Source of the DNA: Oscillospiraceae bacterium | GTDB lineage: Bacteria; Bacillota; Clostridia; Oscillospirales; SIG627 | DNA: 64,000 nt | Direction: 5' to 3' | NCBI GenBank assembly: GCA_015065265.1 | Contig: SVQQ01000001.1 | Location: forward strand, 137,146-201,145 | Shown here: positions 10,468 through 18,399 of the stretch, one piece after another | How positions within the stretch are numbered: the first letter of the stretch is position 1 | How the letters are laid out: every line of letters starts with the position of its first letter | Translations under genes and position numbers: made by a program | The notes under the pieces: model-generated | What the model saw: the letters and a program-made list of their open reading frames with translations, nothing else | The model's database searches: none | Told to the model about the DNA's origin: nothing

Positions 10468-10495
10468 TTGACTTTTAACTAAATTATGTTAAAAT
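10468..10495 (+). promoter_or_regulatory. sigma-A type promoter of paralog 2 (duplicated with the gene)
   Basis: GTATTGACTTTTAACT is identical to the upstream copy. TTGACT (10468-10473), a 16-nt spacer, TG-n-TAAAAT (10490-10495). Confidence 0.6.
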
Positions 10496-10552
10496 GGTCG
10501 TAAATAATCACACGTAGTGTGAAAAACATAGGTAACGTAAAGGAGAACCGTT

Positions 10553-11545
10553 ATGATTTGGGGACTTTTTGCAACTCTCGGACACAATATGTGGACAAAA
10601 GAGGACCAAAAACTTACTTTTAGTGAAAATGCTTGGAATAAGATAGTTGATGCCGCACATGAGGCAGGTATCAATACTATTATTCTCGACCTTGGCGAAG
10701 GCGTAAGATGGGAAACACACCCCGAACTTGCAAAGGCTGGTGCCTGGGGCAGAGAAAAGATAAAAAGCGAAGTGCTTAGACTTCGTGATATGGGAATAGC
10801 CCTTGTGCCCAAAATCAACCTTTCCACCTGTCACGACCTGTGGCTCGGCCCATACAGAACCGAGATTTCAAAACCTGTTTACTATCAGGTAGTACGCGAC
10901 CTTATAAACGAATGTTACGACCTTTTCCTTGAACCCGAATACATACATCTCGGAATGGACGAGGAAGGTGACCTTACCCATCAGGTTTGTTACAGCAACC
11001 TCATTCGTTACAGAAAGGGCGACCTTTTGTGGCACGACCTTAACTGGATGTTCGACTGTGTAAGAAGCACAGGCGCAACCCCTTGGATTTGGGCGGACTT
11101 CTGTATGAACGATTTTGATAACTTCGTGAAGAACGTTTCTACCGAAAACTTGCTCATTTCTCCTTGGTACTACTTTGCATTCAAGGAAGAACATTTCAGA
11201 TATCACGAAGAGGGAAGTGCGGGTTACATAAATGCCCAGCGCTACCCCTACAACTTTATGAACATCAAGTACGAAGAGGACAAACCCCTTCTCAAACTTG
11301 CCCGTGAAAATATGGTACCTGCTGCAAAGGCAGGTTACGATATGGTTCCTTGTACTTCAGACTGCTATGAATGTGAGTACAACACTCCCGAACTCTTTGA
11401 GCACATTAAATTCAACGCTCCCGAAGAGAGAATAAAGGGCTTTATGACAGCACCTTGGGGACATACCGTTGATGCTAACGTTGAAAAAATTCTTAAAAAT
11501 ATATCTCTTCTGGCAGAAGCAAAGAAAAAATACTACGGAGAATAA
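10553..11545 (+). CDS. conserved hypothetical protein, paralog 2 of the tandem pair
   Basis: 330 aa, the same length as 9450-10442. The identical C-terminus (KNISLLAEAKKKYYGE) and N-terminus (MIWGL) are shared. Confidence 0.75.
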   Translation: MIWGLFATLGHNMWTKEDQKLTFSENAWNKIVDAAHEAGINTIILDLGEGVRWETHPELAKAGAWGREKIKSEVLRLRDMGIALVPKINLSTCHDLWLGPYRTEISKPVYYQVVRDLINECYDLFLEPEYIHLGMDEEGDLTHQVCYSNLIRYRKGDLLWHDLNWMFDCVRSTGATPWIWADFCMNDFDNFVKNVSTENLLISPWYYFAFKEEHFRYHEEGSAGYINAQRYPYNFMNIKYEEDKPLLKLARENMVPAAKAGYDMVPCTSDCYECEYNTPELFEHIKFNAPEERIKGFMTAPWGHTVDANVEKILKNISLLAEAKKKYYGE

Positions 11546-11793
11546 AATTTCCGATAAAAAGGCACTTGTGTATTATGCACAAGTGCCTTTTTTGCAGCAT
11601 AAAGGTATATTTTTTTATTATGCGACAATAAAAAAAGTCGTTTTTTGTTAAAAGTGAACAAAAAATGAAATAAAATAGTTACAATTTCGTTGTAATTTTT
11701 TTAAAAACTATTGTGTTTTTTAACATTTTGTGATAGTATAAATAGTGCCAAAAAGTATAATTTAGGTAAAAAAACATAGGAGGTTTTCATACT

Positions 11794-14475
11794 ATGAAAA
11801 CAGGCGCACGCTTTTTAGCAATGCTTCTTGCAGTTGTAATGATTGCAAGTGCAGCACTTTCAGTTTCCGCGTTTGATGATATCGCAGGTAACAAGCACGC
11901 TGATGCAATCAACGTACTTTCACAGCTGGGAATCCTTGGCGGATACGAAGACGGTACCTTCAAACCCGATCAGAAGGTAACACGTGCCGAAATGGCAAAA
12001 CTCGTTTATGTGCTTTACACAACGTTTGTTGATGCAGGCACAGCAAAGACAGAATTCAAAGACGTTAAAGCTGACCACTGGGCAACAGGTTACATTAACT
12101 GGTGTTCAGGCAAGGAAATCATCGGCGGATTCGGCGATGGTACATTTGCTCCCAACGCTAACGTTACATACGACCAGGCTCTTAAGATGGTTGCAGGCGC
12201 TCTCGGTTACAAAAACTGGGATTCTAAACTCTGGCCCACAGACGTTAGAATGAAAGCTCTCAACGAACTTAAACTCGGTAAAGAACTTGACGGCGTTAAC
12301 GGTTCAGCAGAACTCACAAGAGCTCAGGTAGCTCAGATCATCTACAACGCTCTTGAAGTTCCCATGGCTGAAAAGAAAGTTGTTACAACTCAAATCGGCG
12401 GATACCCCATTCCTCTTGAAGTACCCAAGGTTCTCGCAACTGATATCTGGAACTTCACAAAGGATACAGCAGTTATCACAGGTACAGACAACTACGCTCT
12501 TGAAGGCGGCAAAGCTGTTGATGAAGACGAAATCCAGCTTGATGGTGTAACAGTAGCTCTCAAAGACCTCGGTCTTGAAAAATACGAAGGTAAGACAGAT
12601 AACCTTATCGGTCTTACAGTTACAACAGTTAAGAGAGACGGCAAACTCCTTGCAAGTGCTACTATCAGTGGTTCAGTAGTTGACGGAGTTAAGGTTGCAG
12701 TATCTACAGACAAGAAGAACATCACCATCAACGGTGTATCTTACAAGTCAACAAGCGAAAACATCCCTGAAATCTGGACACTTGGTGCAACTGTTGCTGA
12801 TGAAGCAATCTTCGATGGCGAAGTAGTTAAGACAGCAATTGCAACTATAGTTGCAGCTCCTTACATCGCACGTGCAATTGATAAAGACGGCGACGGTAAT
12901 ATCGACGCAATCGTTCTTGCATCAAAGGCAGCATACAAAGCAGGCAAGGAAGTTGAAGAAGACGACGTTAAATACGTTGAATACACAGACCTTGCAGGCG
13001 CTAACAAGCAGAAATTCGTTGCTTCTCAGATGACAGCAACAATTAAAGAAGGCGACGTATTCGTAGCAGCTAAGATTTCTGACATCGTATACGTAGAAGT
13101 AGTTAAGCCCGTTGAAGCAACAGCTACAAAACTCAACTCAGGCAAGGTAACTCTTGACGTAGTTGGTGAAGTAGTACACGGTGAAGCTGGTCTTGTTAAT
13201 GCTACTATCGACGCAGGCGCTCTCGGCGTTAAGCAGAACTACTGGATTTACAACGGAGAAATCATTCTCTCTGATGCAATCACTGTAGAAACAGATTCTT
13301 ACAACTTCGCAATCCTTAAAGAAGTTATTAAGAGCGACAGAGTATTCAATGAAGAAACCAAAGTTTACGAAATCGGCTACAAGGCAGTTATCGTAGTTGA
13401 CGGTGCAGAAAAAGAAATCAAACTTGCTGCTGATGAAGCTATCATCAACGGTTCTGATACACTTACTGCAACAGAAGCATTCGAAGCATACGGAATTGAA
13501 GAAGGCGTAACACAGCCTATCTATGCATACGCAGTAGTTGCAAACTATGCTGAAGCAGAAGAAGGAGCAGGTTACACACTTGTTCTTAACAAAGAATACG
13601 ATGACGTAACACTCGTTACATCAGGTAAGATCACTTACAACAAGAAGACTGACCTCTTCACAGTAGGTACAGTTAACAAGGTTGTACTTGACAACACAAC
13701 TAACGTTTACTACACATACACCAAGACAGCTACAACTAACTTCAAGTATCTTGGTAGATACACAGAAAGCAACATTCCTACAGCAGACAAATTCGAAGCT
13801 ACTATCGAAGCTGCTTACGTTGCAAAGAACGACGACGCAACATACACTCTTCTCTTCGCTCTCGTTAACTCAGTTGACACAGACAGCGATGCAGTAGTAA
13901 CTCCCGGTGAAGAATATCTCACAGACGGTCGTCTTGTAGTATACGCTCCTTACGTATCAAGCGTAGTTCTTGGCGAAGACGGCAAGAAATACTATGAATA
14001 CACATTCATGGATCTTGATACTCTTAAGAACAAGGCTCCTGTAGTTGACAAGACTCTCGAGTCTAAGGATGCTACCGAAACCAAGTCTGGAAATCTCTAC
14101 GCTTGGAACGGTCAGAAGTACGTTGATATCAACGCTGATACAACAGGTCTTGTTTCTGTAAAGAAGGTTGCTCTTACAGATCCTCTTGCAACACGTAACC
14201 TCATCGATATCGACGGTGAGACAGTTAAGATTGCTGATTCTGTAATCATCTGGGGTCTCTCAGGCGATACAGCTGACGTTTACAAGGAATACACACTTGC
14301 TGACATTGAAGATATGCTCGAAATCAAAGACGTAGATGCAGTTGAAGCTCTTGTATTCACATATGTAGATAGCGCTGATAACACAGTTATCGATTCTATC
14401 ATCATCAACGTAATCGCTGCTGATGACGAAGGCGTTGCTTACAACGTAAACGAAGCTATCTTCACAAACTTCTAA
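11794..14475 (+). CDS. cell-wall-associated SLH-domain protein (S-layer-type), 893 aa
   Basis: Signal peptide (LAVVMIASAALSVSA/FD). N-terminal SLH repeats follow (FDDIAGNKHADAINVLSQLGILGGYEDGTFKPDQKVTRAEMAKLVY; FKDVKADHWATGYINWCSGKEIIGGFGDGTFAPNANVTYDQALKMV; a third is degenerate). There is a strong RBS (AGGAGG), highly biased codon usage and a strong terminator. Confidence 0.85.
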   Translation: MKTGARFLAMLLAVVMIASAALSVSAFDDIAGNKHADAINVLSQLGILGGYEDGTFKPDQKVTRAEMAKLVYVLYTTFVDAGTAKTEFKDVKADHWATGYINWCSGKEIIGGFGDGTFAPNANVTYDQALKMVAGALGYKNWDSKLWPTDVRMKALNELKLGKELDGVNGSAELTRAQVAQIIYNALEVPMAEKKVVTTQIGGYPIPLEVPKVLATDIWNFTKDTAVITGTDNYALEGGKAVDEDEIQLDGVTVALKDLGLEKYEGKTDNLIGLTVTTVKRDGKLLASATISGSVVDGVKVAVSTDKKNITINGVSYKSTSENIPEIWTLGATVADEAIFDGEVVKTAIATIVAAPYIARAIDKDGDGNIDAIVLASKAAYKAGKEVEEDDVKYVEYTDLAGANKQKFVASQMTATIKEGDVFVAAKISDIVYVEVVKPVEATATKLNSGKVTLDVVGEVVHGEAGLVNATIDAGALGVKQNYWIYNGEIILSDAITVETDSYNFAILKEVIKSDRVFNEETKVYEIGYKAVIVVDGAEKEIKLAADEAIINGSDTLTATEAFEAYGIEEGVTQPIYAYAVVANYAEAEEGAGYTLVLNKEYDDVTLVTSGKITYNKKTDLFTVGTVNKVVLDNTTNVYYTYTKTATTNFKYLGRYTESNIPTADKFEATIEAAYVAKNDDATYTLLFALVNSVDTDSDAVVTPGEEYLTDGRLVVYAPYVSSVVLGEDGKKYYEYTFMDLDTLKNKAPVVDKTLESKDATETKSGNLYAWNGQKYVDINADTTGLVSVKKVALTDPLATRNLIDIDGETVKIADSVIIWGLSGDTADVYKEYTLADIEDMLEIKDVDAVEALVFTYVDSADNTVIDSIIINVIAADDEGVAYNVNEAIFTNF

Positions 14476-14497
14476 ATTTAGGTATTACTACCGATTT

Positions 14498-14532
14498 AAC
14501 GAGTCTCTCTTTTGAGAGACTCGTTATTTTTT
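14498..14532 (+). terminator. rho-independent terminator of the SLH protein gene
   Basis: 12-bp stem AACGAGTCTCTC / GAGAGACTCGTT with a TTTT loop, followed by ATTTTTTA. Confidence 0.88.
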
Positions 14533-14612
14533 ATTTAAACAAATTGGAAACAATTGTAATTTTATGTTGACAAAAGTCGACCTGTATGTTATTCTCTACC
14601 TGAGGTGATAAT

Positions 14613-14855
14613 ATGGGAATTAAAGGAAATATACGCGCGATAGACGAACTTGGCAGAATAGTTGTGCCGATAGACTTCAGAAGCGAACTTGAAATCAAGT
14701 CAGGCGACCTTTTGAAAATGGAACTTCAAGGAAACACTATAGTTATTAGAAAGAACACCCCCGCCTGTGTATTTTGCGGAGCAGAAGATGACCTTGTAAC
14801 TTTCGGCAGTAAGACTGTCTGCAAAAAATGTATTGATAAAATTTCAAAGATATAA
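14613..14855 (+). CDS. AbrB/MazE/SpoVT-family DNA-binding protein with C-terminal CxxC...CxxC zinc-ribbon-like tail
   Basis: The swapped-hairpin N-terminus (IDELGRIVVPIDFRSELEIKSGDLLKMELQGNTIVIRK) is typical of AbrB. The tail is CVFCGAEDDLVTFGSKTVCKKC. The upstream promoter is TTGACA (14569-14574), 17 nt, TATTCT. Confidence 0.8.
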   Translation: MGIKGNIRAIDELGRIVVPIDFRSELEIKSGDLLKMELQGNTIVIRKNTPACVFCGAEDDLVTFGSKTVCKKCIDKISKI

Positions 14856-14857
14856 TT

Positions 14858-14891
14858 AAAAACACAGACAAATTTTTGTCTGTGTTTTTTC
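14858..14891 (+). terminator. terminator after the AbrB-like gene
   Basis: Stem ACACAGACA (14862-14870) / TGTCTGTGT (14878-14886), followed by a T-run. Confidence 0.8.
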
Positions 14892-14937
14892 GTATATGTG
14901 AACTTATTTTTTAAACAAAATTTTTTTAAAAAAGGTA

Positions 14938-14989
14938 TTGACAAAGAGAATTTCATAGTGTATAATCAAAGTGTACCAAAAAGGTACAC
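14938..14989 (+). promoter_or_regulatory. consensus promoter plus palindromic operator candidate for the Rrf2-rubrerythrin operon
   Basis: TTGACA (14938-14943), a 17-nt spacer, TG-n-TATAAT (-10 at 14961-14966). A perfect inverted repeat GTGTACC-AAAAA-GGTACAC (14971-14989) lies at or just after the expected transcription start. Confidence 0.65.
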
Positions 14990-15012
14990 AATACATTGAA
15001 AGGTAGAAAGCC

Positions 15013-15456
15013 ATGCGAGTAACACAGGAAGCCGATTATGCGATAAGAATTTGCTGTGTGCTTGATGAGGCAGGAAGTATGCTTGGCGCTGAGGACATTG
15101 CCCAAAGGGTAGTAATATCCAAGAGCACCGCCCTTAAAGTTTTGAGAAAACTTCGGCAAGAGGGAATAGTCGAATCCCATAAAGGTTCTGAGGGCGGATA
15201 TCTGTTATCACAGAGCGCCGAAAACCTTACGGTGTGCAAGGTAATTGAGGCGATTGAAGGTAAAATTTCAATTTCAAAATGCCTTTGCGACGAACACCTC
15301 TGTTCTAAGAATGGTGCAAATAAAGAATGTTGCAAAATGCACGTCGCCTTTGCTACTATCAATAAAGCCTTGTCAGAACGACTTTCGGCCATCACAGTAA
15401 AAGACGTTACCGACCCTACGTTATCGTCATTTGATATTATCGAAAAAGTAAAATAA
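15013..15456 (+). CDS. Rrf2 family transcriptional regulator
   Basis: N-terminal winged-helix typical of Rrf2 (MRVTQEADYAIRICCVL...ISKSTALKVLRKLRQEGIVESHKGSEGGY). A Cys-containing region follows (CLCDEHLCSKNGANKECC). Confidence 0.88.
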   Translation: MRVTQEADYAIRICCVLDEAGSMLGAEDIAQRVVISKSTALKVLRKLRQEGIVESHKGSEGGYLLSQSAENLTVCKVIEAIEGKISISKCLCDEHLCSKNGANKECCKMHVAFATINKALSERLSAITVKDVTDPTLSSFDIIEKVK

Positions 15457-15480
15457 TTTAATTTTAAGGAGAAAAAGATT

Positions 15481-16068
15481 ATGAAAAAGTTTGTATGTCC
15501 CGTTTGCGGTTATGTTCACGAAGGAGAATACGCTCCCGAAAAGTGCCCCATTTGTAAAGTACCCGGCGAAAAGTTCAAGGTTATGGAAGAAGGCGCAGCC
15601 CTTGCAGCTGAACACGAATATGGCGTATATTCAAAGACTGTAAAGAATAACCCTGACATATCAGAAGAAGACAAGAAGTACATCTTCGAACAGCTTATGG
15701 CTAACTTCAACGGAGAATGTGCCGAAGTTGGTATGTATCTCTGTATGGCACGTATCGCTCACAGAGAAGGCTATCCTGAAATAGGTCTCTACTGGGAAAA
15801 GGCAGCCTATGAAGAAGCAGAACACGCTGCAAAGTTTGCAGAACTCCTCGGTGAAGACTTAGAACCCAATATGAAAGCCACAACAAAGGACAACTTGAAA
15901 TGGAGAGTTGACTGTGAATATGGCGCAACACAAGGCAAGTTCGACCTCGCTACCTGCGCTAAGAAGAACGGCCTTGACGCAATCCACGACACCGTTCACG
16001 AAATGGCTCGTGACGAAGCTCGTCATGGAAAAGGCTTCGAGGGTCTCCTTAAGAGATATTTTAACTAA
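15481..16068 (+). CDS. rbr: rubrerythrin, 'reverse' architecture (N-terminal rubredoxin-like Cys4, C-terminal diiron ferritin-like domain); its last ~16 codons are supplied by the inserted island
   Basis: [10 protein letters not shown]...CPICKVPG at the N-terminus. Diiron ligand motifs (GECAEVGMY..., [21 protein letters not shown]). The 3' end shares a 17-bp core with the remnant at 46636-46652. Confidence 0.88.
   Translation: MKKFVCPVCGYVHEGEYAPEKCPICKVPGEKFKVMEEGAALAAEHEYGVYSKTVKNNPDISEEDKKYIFEQLMANFNGECAEVGMYLCMARIAHREGYPEIGLYWEKAAYEEAEHAAKFAELLGEDLEPNMKATTKDNLKWRVDCEYGATQGKFDLATCAKKNGLDAIHDTVHEMARDEARHGKGFEGLLKRYFN
16019..16035 (+). repeat. attL core candidate
   Basis: CGTGACGAAGCTCGTCA inside the rbr coding sequence, identical to 46636-46652. 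Confidence 0.7.
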
Positions 16069-16142
16069 TTTTAGATACGAAAAAATAAAGTTAAATATCC
16101 TCTGAGAATGGCTTAAAATAAGGCTTTATAAGGAATAATCAC

Positions 16143-16185
16143 GAAACACGATTATCTGATTTTAGATAGTCGTGTTTCTTTTTTA
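16143..16185 (+). terminator. element-borne terminator serving the reconstituted rbr gene
   Basis: Stem GAAACACGA (16143-16151) / TCGTGTTTC (16170-16178) with an inner TATCT/AGATA pairing, followed by TTTTTT. Confidence 0.7.
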
Positions 16186-16206
16186 TTTATATGTATTTTT
16201 CTGTCC

Positions 16207-16229
16207 CGTGGGAAATCCGTGGGAAATGA
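16207..16229 (+). repeat. tandem CGTGGGAAAT pair (putative integrase arm-type sites), left arm
   Basis: CGTGGGAAATCCGTGGGAAATGA is identical to 46549-46571. Further single copies occur at 16319-16329 (direct) and 16257-16266 (inverted, ATTTCCCACG). Confidence 0.6.
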
Positions 16230-16449
16230 GAGAAAAATCGCACGAAAAAAAATAATTTCCCACGAAATCTCTCAAAACGCCCTTGCTACAAGGGTTTTCG
16301 GGGTGTCAAAAAATCGCTTCGTGGGAAATTTTTTCGCCCAAAAATTAAGATTTGGGATTTTTATTTGATAAAATCGGTGTGAAAAATGAGGGAAATTTCA
16401 GCTCCGAAATTGCCTATATTTTAAAATTTTTATTCGGGAGGATATTTTT

Positions 16450-17664
16450 ATGCAAGGAAGTATCAGAAAAAAAGGAGCCACCTGGTCGTACAGAGTTGAG
16501 TTCGGTGCGTCAGGCGGTAAAAGAAATCAGATTGAGAGAAGCGGCTACAAAACAAAAAAGGAAGCTGCAAAGGCTCTCAACGATGTTCTATATCTCTACA
16601 ACAATACGGGCGACTATGTGGAGAACAAGAAAATCACCTTTACCGAGGTCTACACAGAGTTTATCGAAAATGAGGCACCAGCAACAAGAGCCTATGCAAC
16701 CATTGTGCGTTATAAGTCGCTTTACAAGAATCATTATGCGGAAAGATTCGGTAGTTTTTATATGTACCAGATTAACGCAAATATGATAAGCGATTTTCTC
16801 AACGAAAAGCGTACTTATCTCAGTGAGGAATTTGTCAAGGGACTGTATAAGTTTCTGAAAGTGCTTTTCGGATACGCACACAAACGGCAATATATCAAAA
16901 AGGATATTTTCCGTGAGATAACACCGCCACCCGATCCAAGACACAAAGGTGAGATAAGAGCGTACACGCCCGATGAGCTTCGTGCAATGGAACAGCGTTT
17001 GCAGGGGTCTAATGTTATCGTGCCGTTCTATATTGCACTCAATACGGGACTACGTGAAAGCGAGGTCTTTGGACTACAATGGAGCGATATTGACTTTGAA
17101 AACCGCAAAATCAAGGTACATAAGCAGTTATTGTTTCAGGATAAGAAGTGGTGCTTCTGCCCTCTTAAAACTACAAATGCATACCGAAGCGTGAACATCA
17201 CCGACAGCTTTTGTACCTATCTAAAAAATCTCAAAGCCAAGCAAGAGGAAAACAAAGCTTTTTATGGTGACGGCTATAAGCGGAATTTTGTGACGGAACG
17301 CCTTGTGAGAAATAAGGAAAAGCTTATGGAAATCACCGACTTTGTAAATGTCAAAATCAACGGCGAAATGCTTACCACAAACAGTATTAAGTTTATGTCA
17401 AGAACACTTAAAGCTGACCTTGATATACCATTTAAATTCCATAATTTACGGCACACCTACGCTACAGTTCTTGCAGAAAGCGGAATAAGCCCGAGATATG
17501 TACAGGAAACGTTAGGACATTCAAAGCTTGAATTTACGCTCCGCTATTATACCCACATAACAGAGAAAATGGGAGGTATGGCAAGGAAGGCACTTGAGAG
17601 TGCCGTAAGCTTTGCAGCGTTTAACAATGAGGAGGATGAGAATGAGAAAACTATTTGCGAGTAA
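16450..17664 (+). CDS. int: tyrosine site-specific integrase with N-terminal arm-binding (AP2-like) domain
   Basis: 404 aa. The N-terminus (GSIRKKGATWSYRVEFG...GYKTKKEAAKAL) is typical of Tn916/phage-type Int. The catalytic residues are in TGLRESEV (R), HNLRHTYAT (H-x-x-R) and LGHSKLEFTLRYYTH (H...Y). Confidence 0.92.
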   Translation: MQGSIRKKGATWSYRVEFGASGGKRNQIERSGYKTKKEAAKALNDVLYLYNNTGDYVENKKITFTEVYTEFIENEAPATRAYATIVRYKSLYKNHYAERFGSFYMYQINANMISDFLNEKRTYLSEEFVKGLYKFLKVLFGYAHKRQYIKKDIFREITPPPDPRHKGEIRAYTPDELRAMEQRLQGSNVIVPFYIALNTGLRESEVFGLQWSDIDFENRKIKVHKQLLFQDKKWCFCPLKTTNAYRSVNITDSFCTYLKNLKAKQEENKAFYGDGYKRNFVTERLVRNKEKLMEITDFVNVKINGEMLTTNSIKFMSRTLKADLDIPFKFHNLRHTYATVLAESGISPRYVQETLGHSKLEFTLRYYTHITEKMGGMARKALESAVSFAAFNNEEDENEKTICE

Positions 17665-17995
17665 TGCAGTAAAAGAATTTTTAAATGATGCCGATGATAA
17701 GACAAGAAAGAAGATCGGATTTGTGCTTATGTATCTTACTGACGACAAAAATCCGCTGACAGAGCCATATGTAAAACACATTTCAATCGGTAAATACAAC
17801 GACCTATATGAACTTCGTACAAAGGCATCTGGCAATATGGCAAGGATTTTGTTTACACTTTCGGATAAAGATATTGTACTTCTATACGGATTTTACAAGC
17901 ACGACAAAAAGGATAATTTACGAGCATTCGGGAAGGCACACAAGTACTTAAATTGTGACAGCAAAACCGTGATAGATATACATATTTGCTCTTAA
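17642..17995 (+). CDS. Gp49-like / HigB-RelE superfamily toxin-like protein (no cognate antitoxin ORF found)
   Basis: MRKLFASNAVKEFLNDADDKTRKKIGFVLMYL...LYELRTKASGNMARILFTLSDKDIVLLYGFYKHDKK resembles phage-derived Gp49-like killer proteins. RBS GGAGG (17631-17635) favours the ATG at 17642. The gene overlaps the int stop. Confidence 0.6.
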   Translation: MRKLFASNAVKEFLNDADDKTRKKIGFVLMYLTDDKNPLTEPYVKHISIGKYNDLYELRTKASGNMARILFTLSDKDIVLLYGFYKHDKKDNLRAFGKAHKYLNCDSKTVIDIHICS

Positions 17996-18399
17996 AATTT
18001 AAGCAAAAGACCAGGAGAAAAGCACTTTTTTGAAATGTGTTTTTGAAGCTGTATAAAAAAGTCAATTTCTCCTGTTCCTGACACCTCGAAAAGCCTTGTA
18101 TATCAAGGGTTTTGAAACTTAGAATTTTCAAAAAATTAGGTTAGTCGGAGGGTACTGCGGAGGGAGGAGAAATCGGCTCAAAATATGTGCGATTTTATGG
18201 TTCGGGGCATATCCCCTTGCAGGAATTGTGGTTGCACTTACACAGAGGTAAAGCAGTGCGAAAATGCTCCACCTGAGTACAAGTATCGGCGATGCTTTGG
18301 AGAAAAAAGAGAGCGAAGTTGTGCTTGTGCAATATAAGGTGTCGAGGTGTTACAGTCGAATACACAAAACATTGGAGTTAGTAAGGAGGAGATAATTAT

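Noticed and set aside
16352-16786. 144-aa + strand ORF overlapping the start of the integrase gene
   Set aside because: It is out of frame with a clearly recognisable integrase whose own ATG (16450) follows GGGAGG. The product has no recognisable features.
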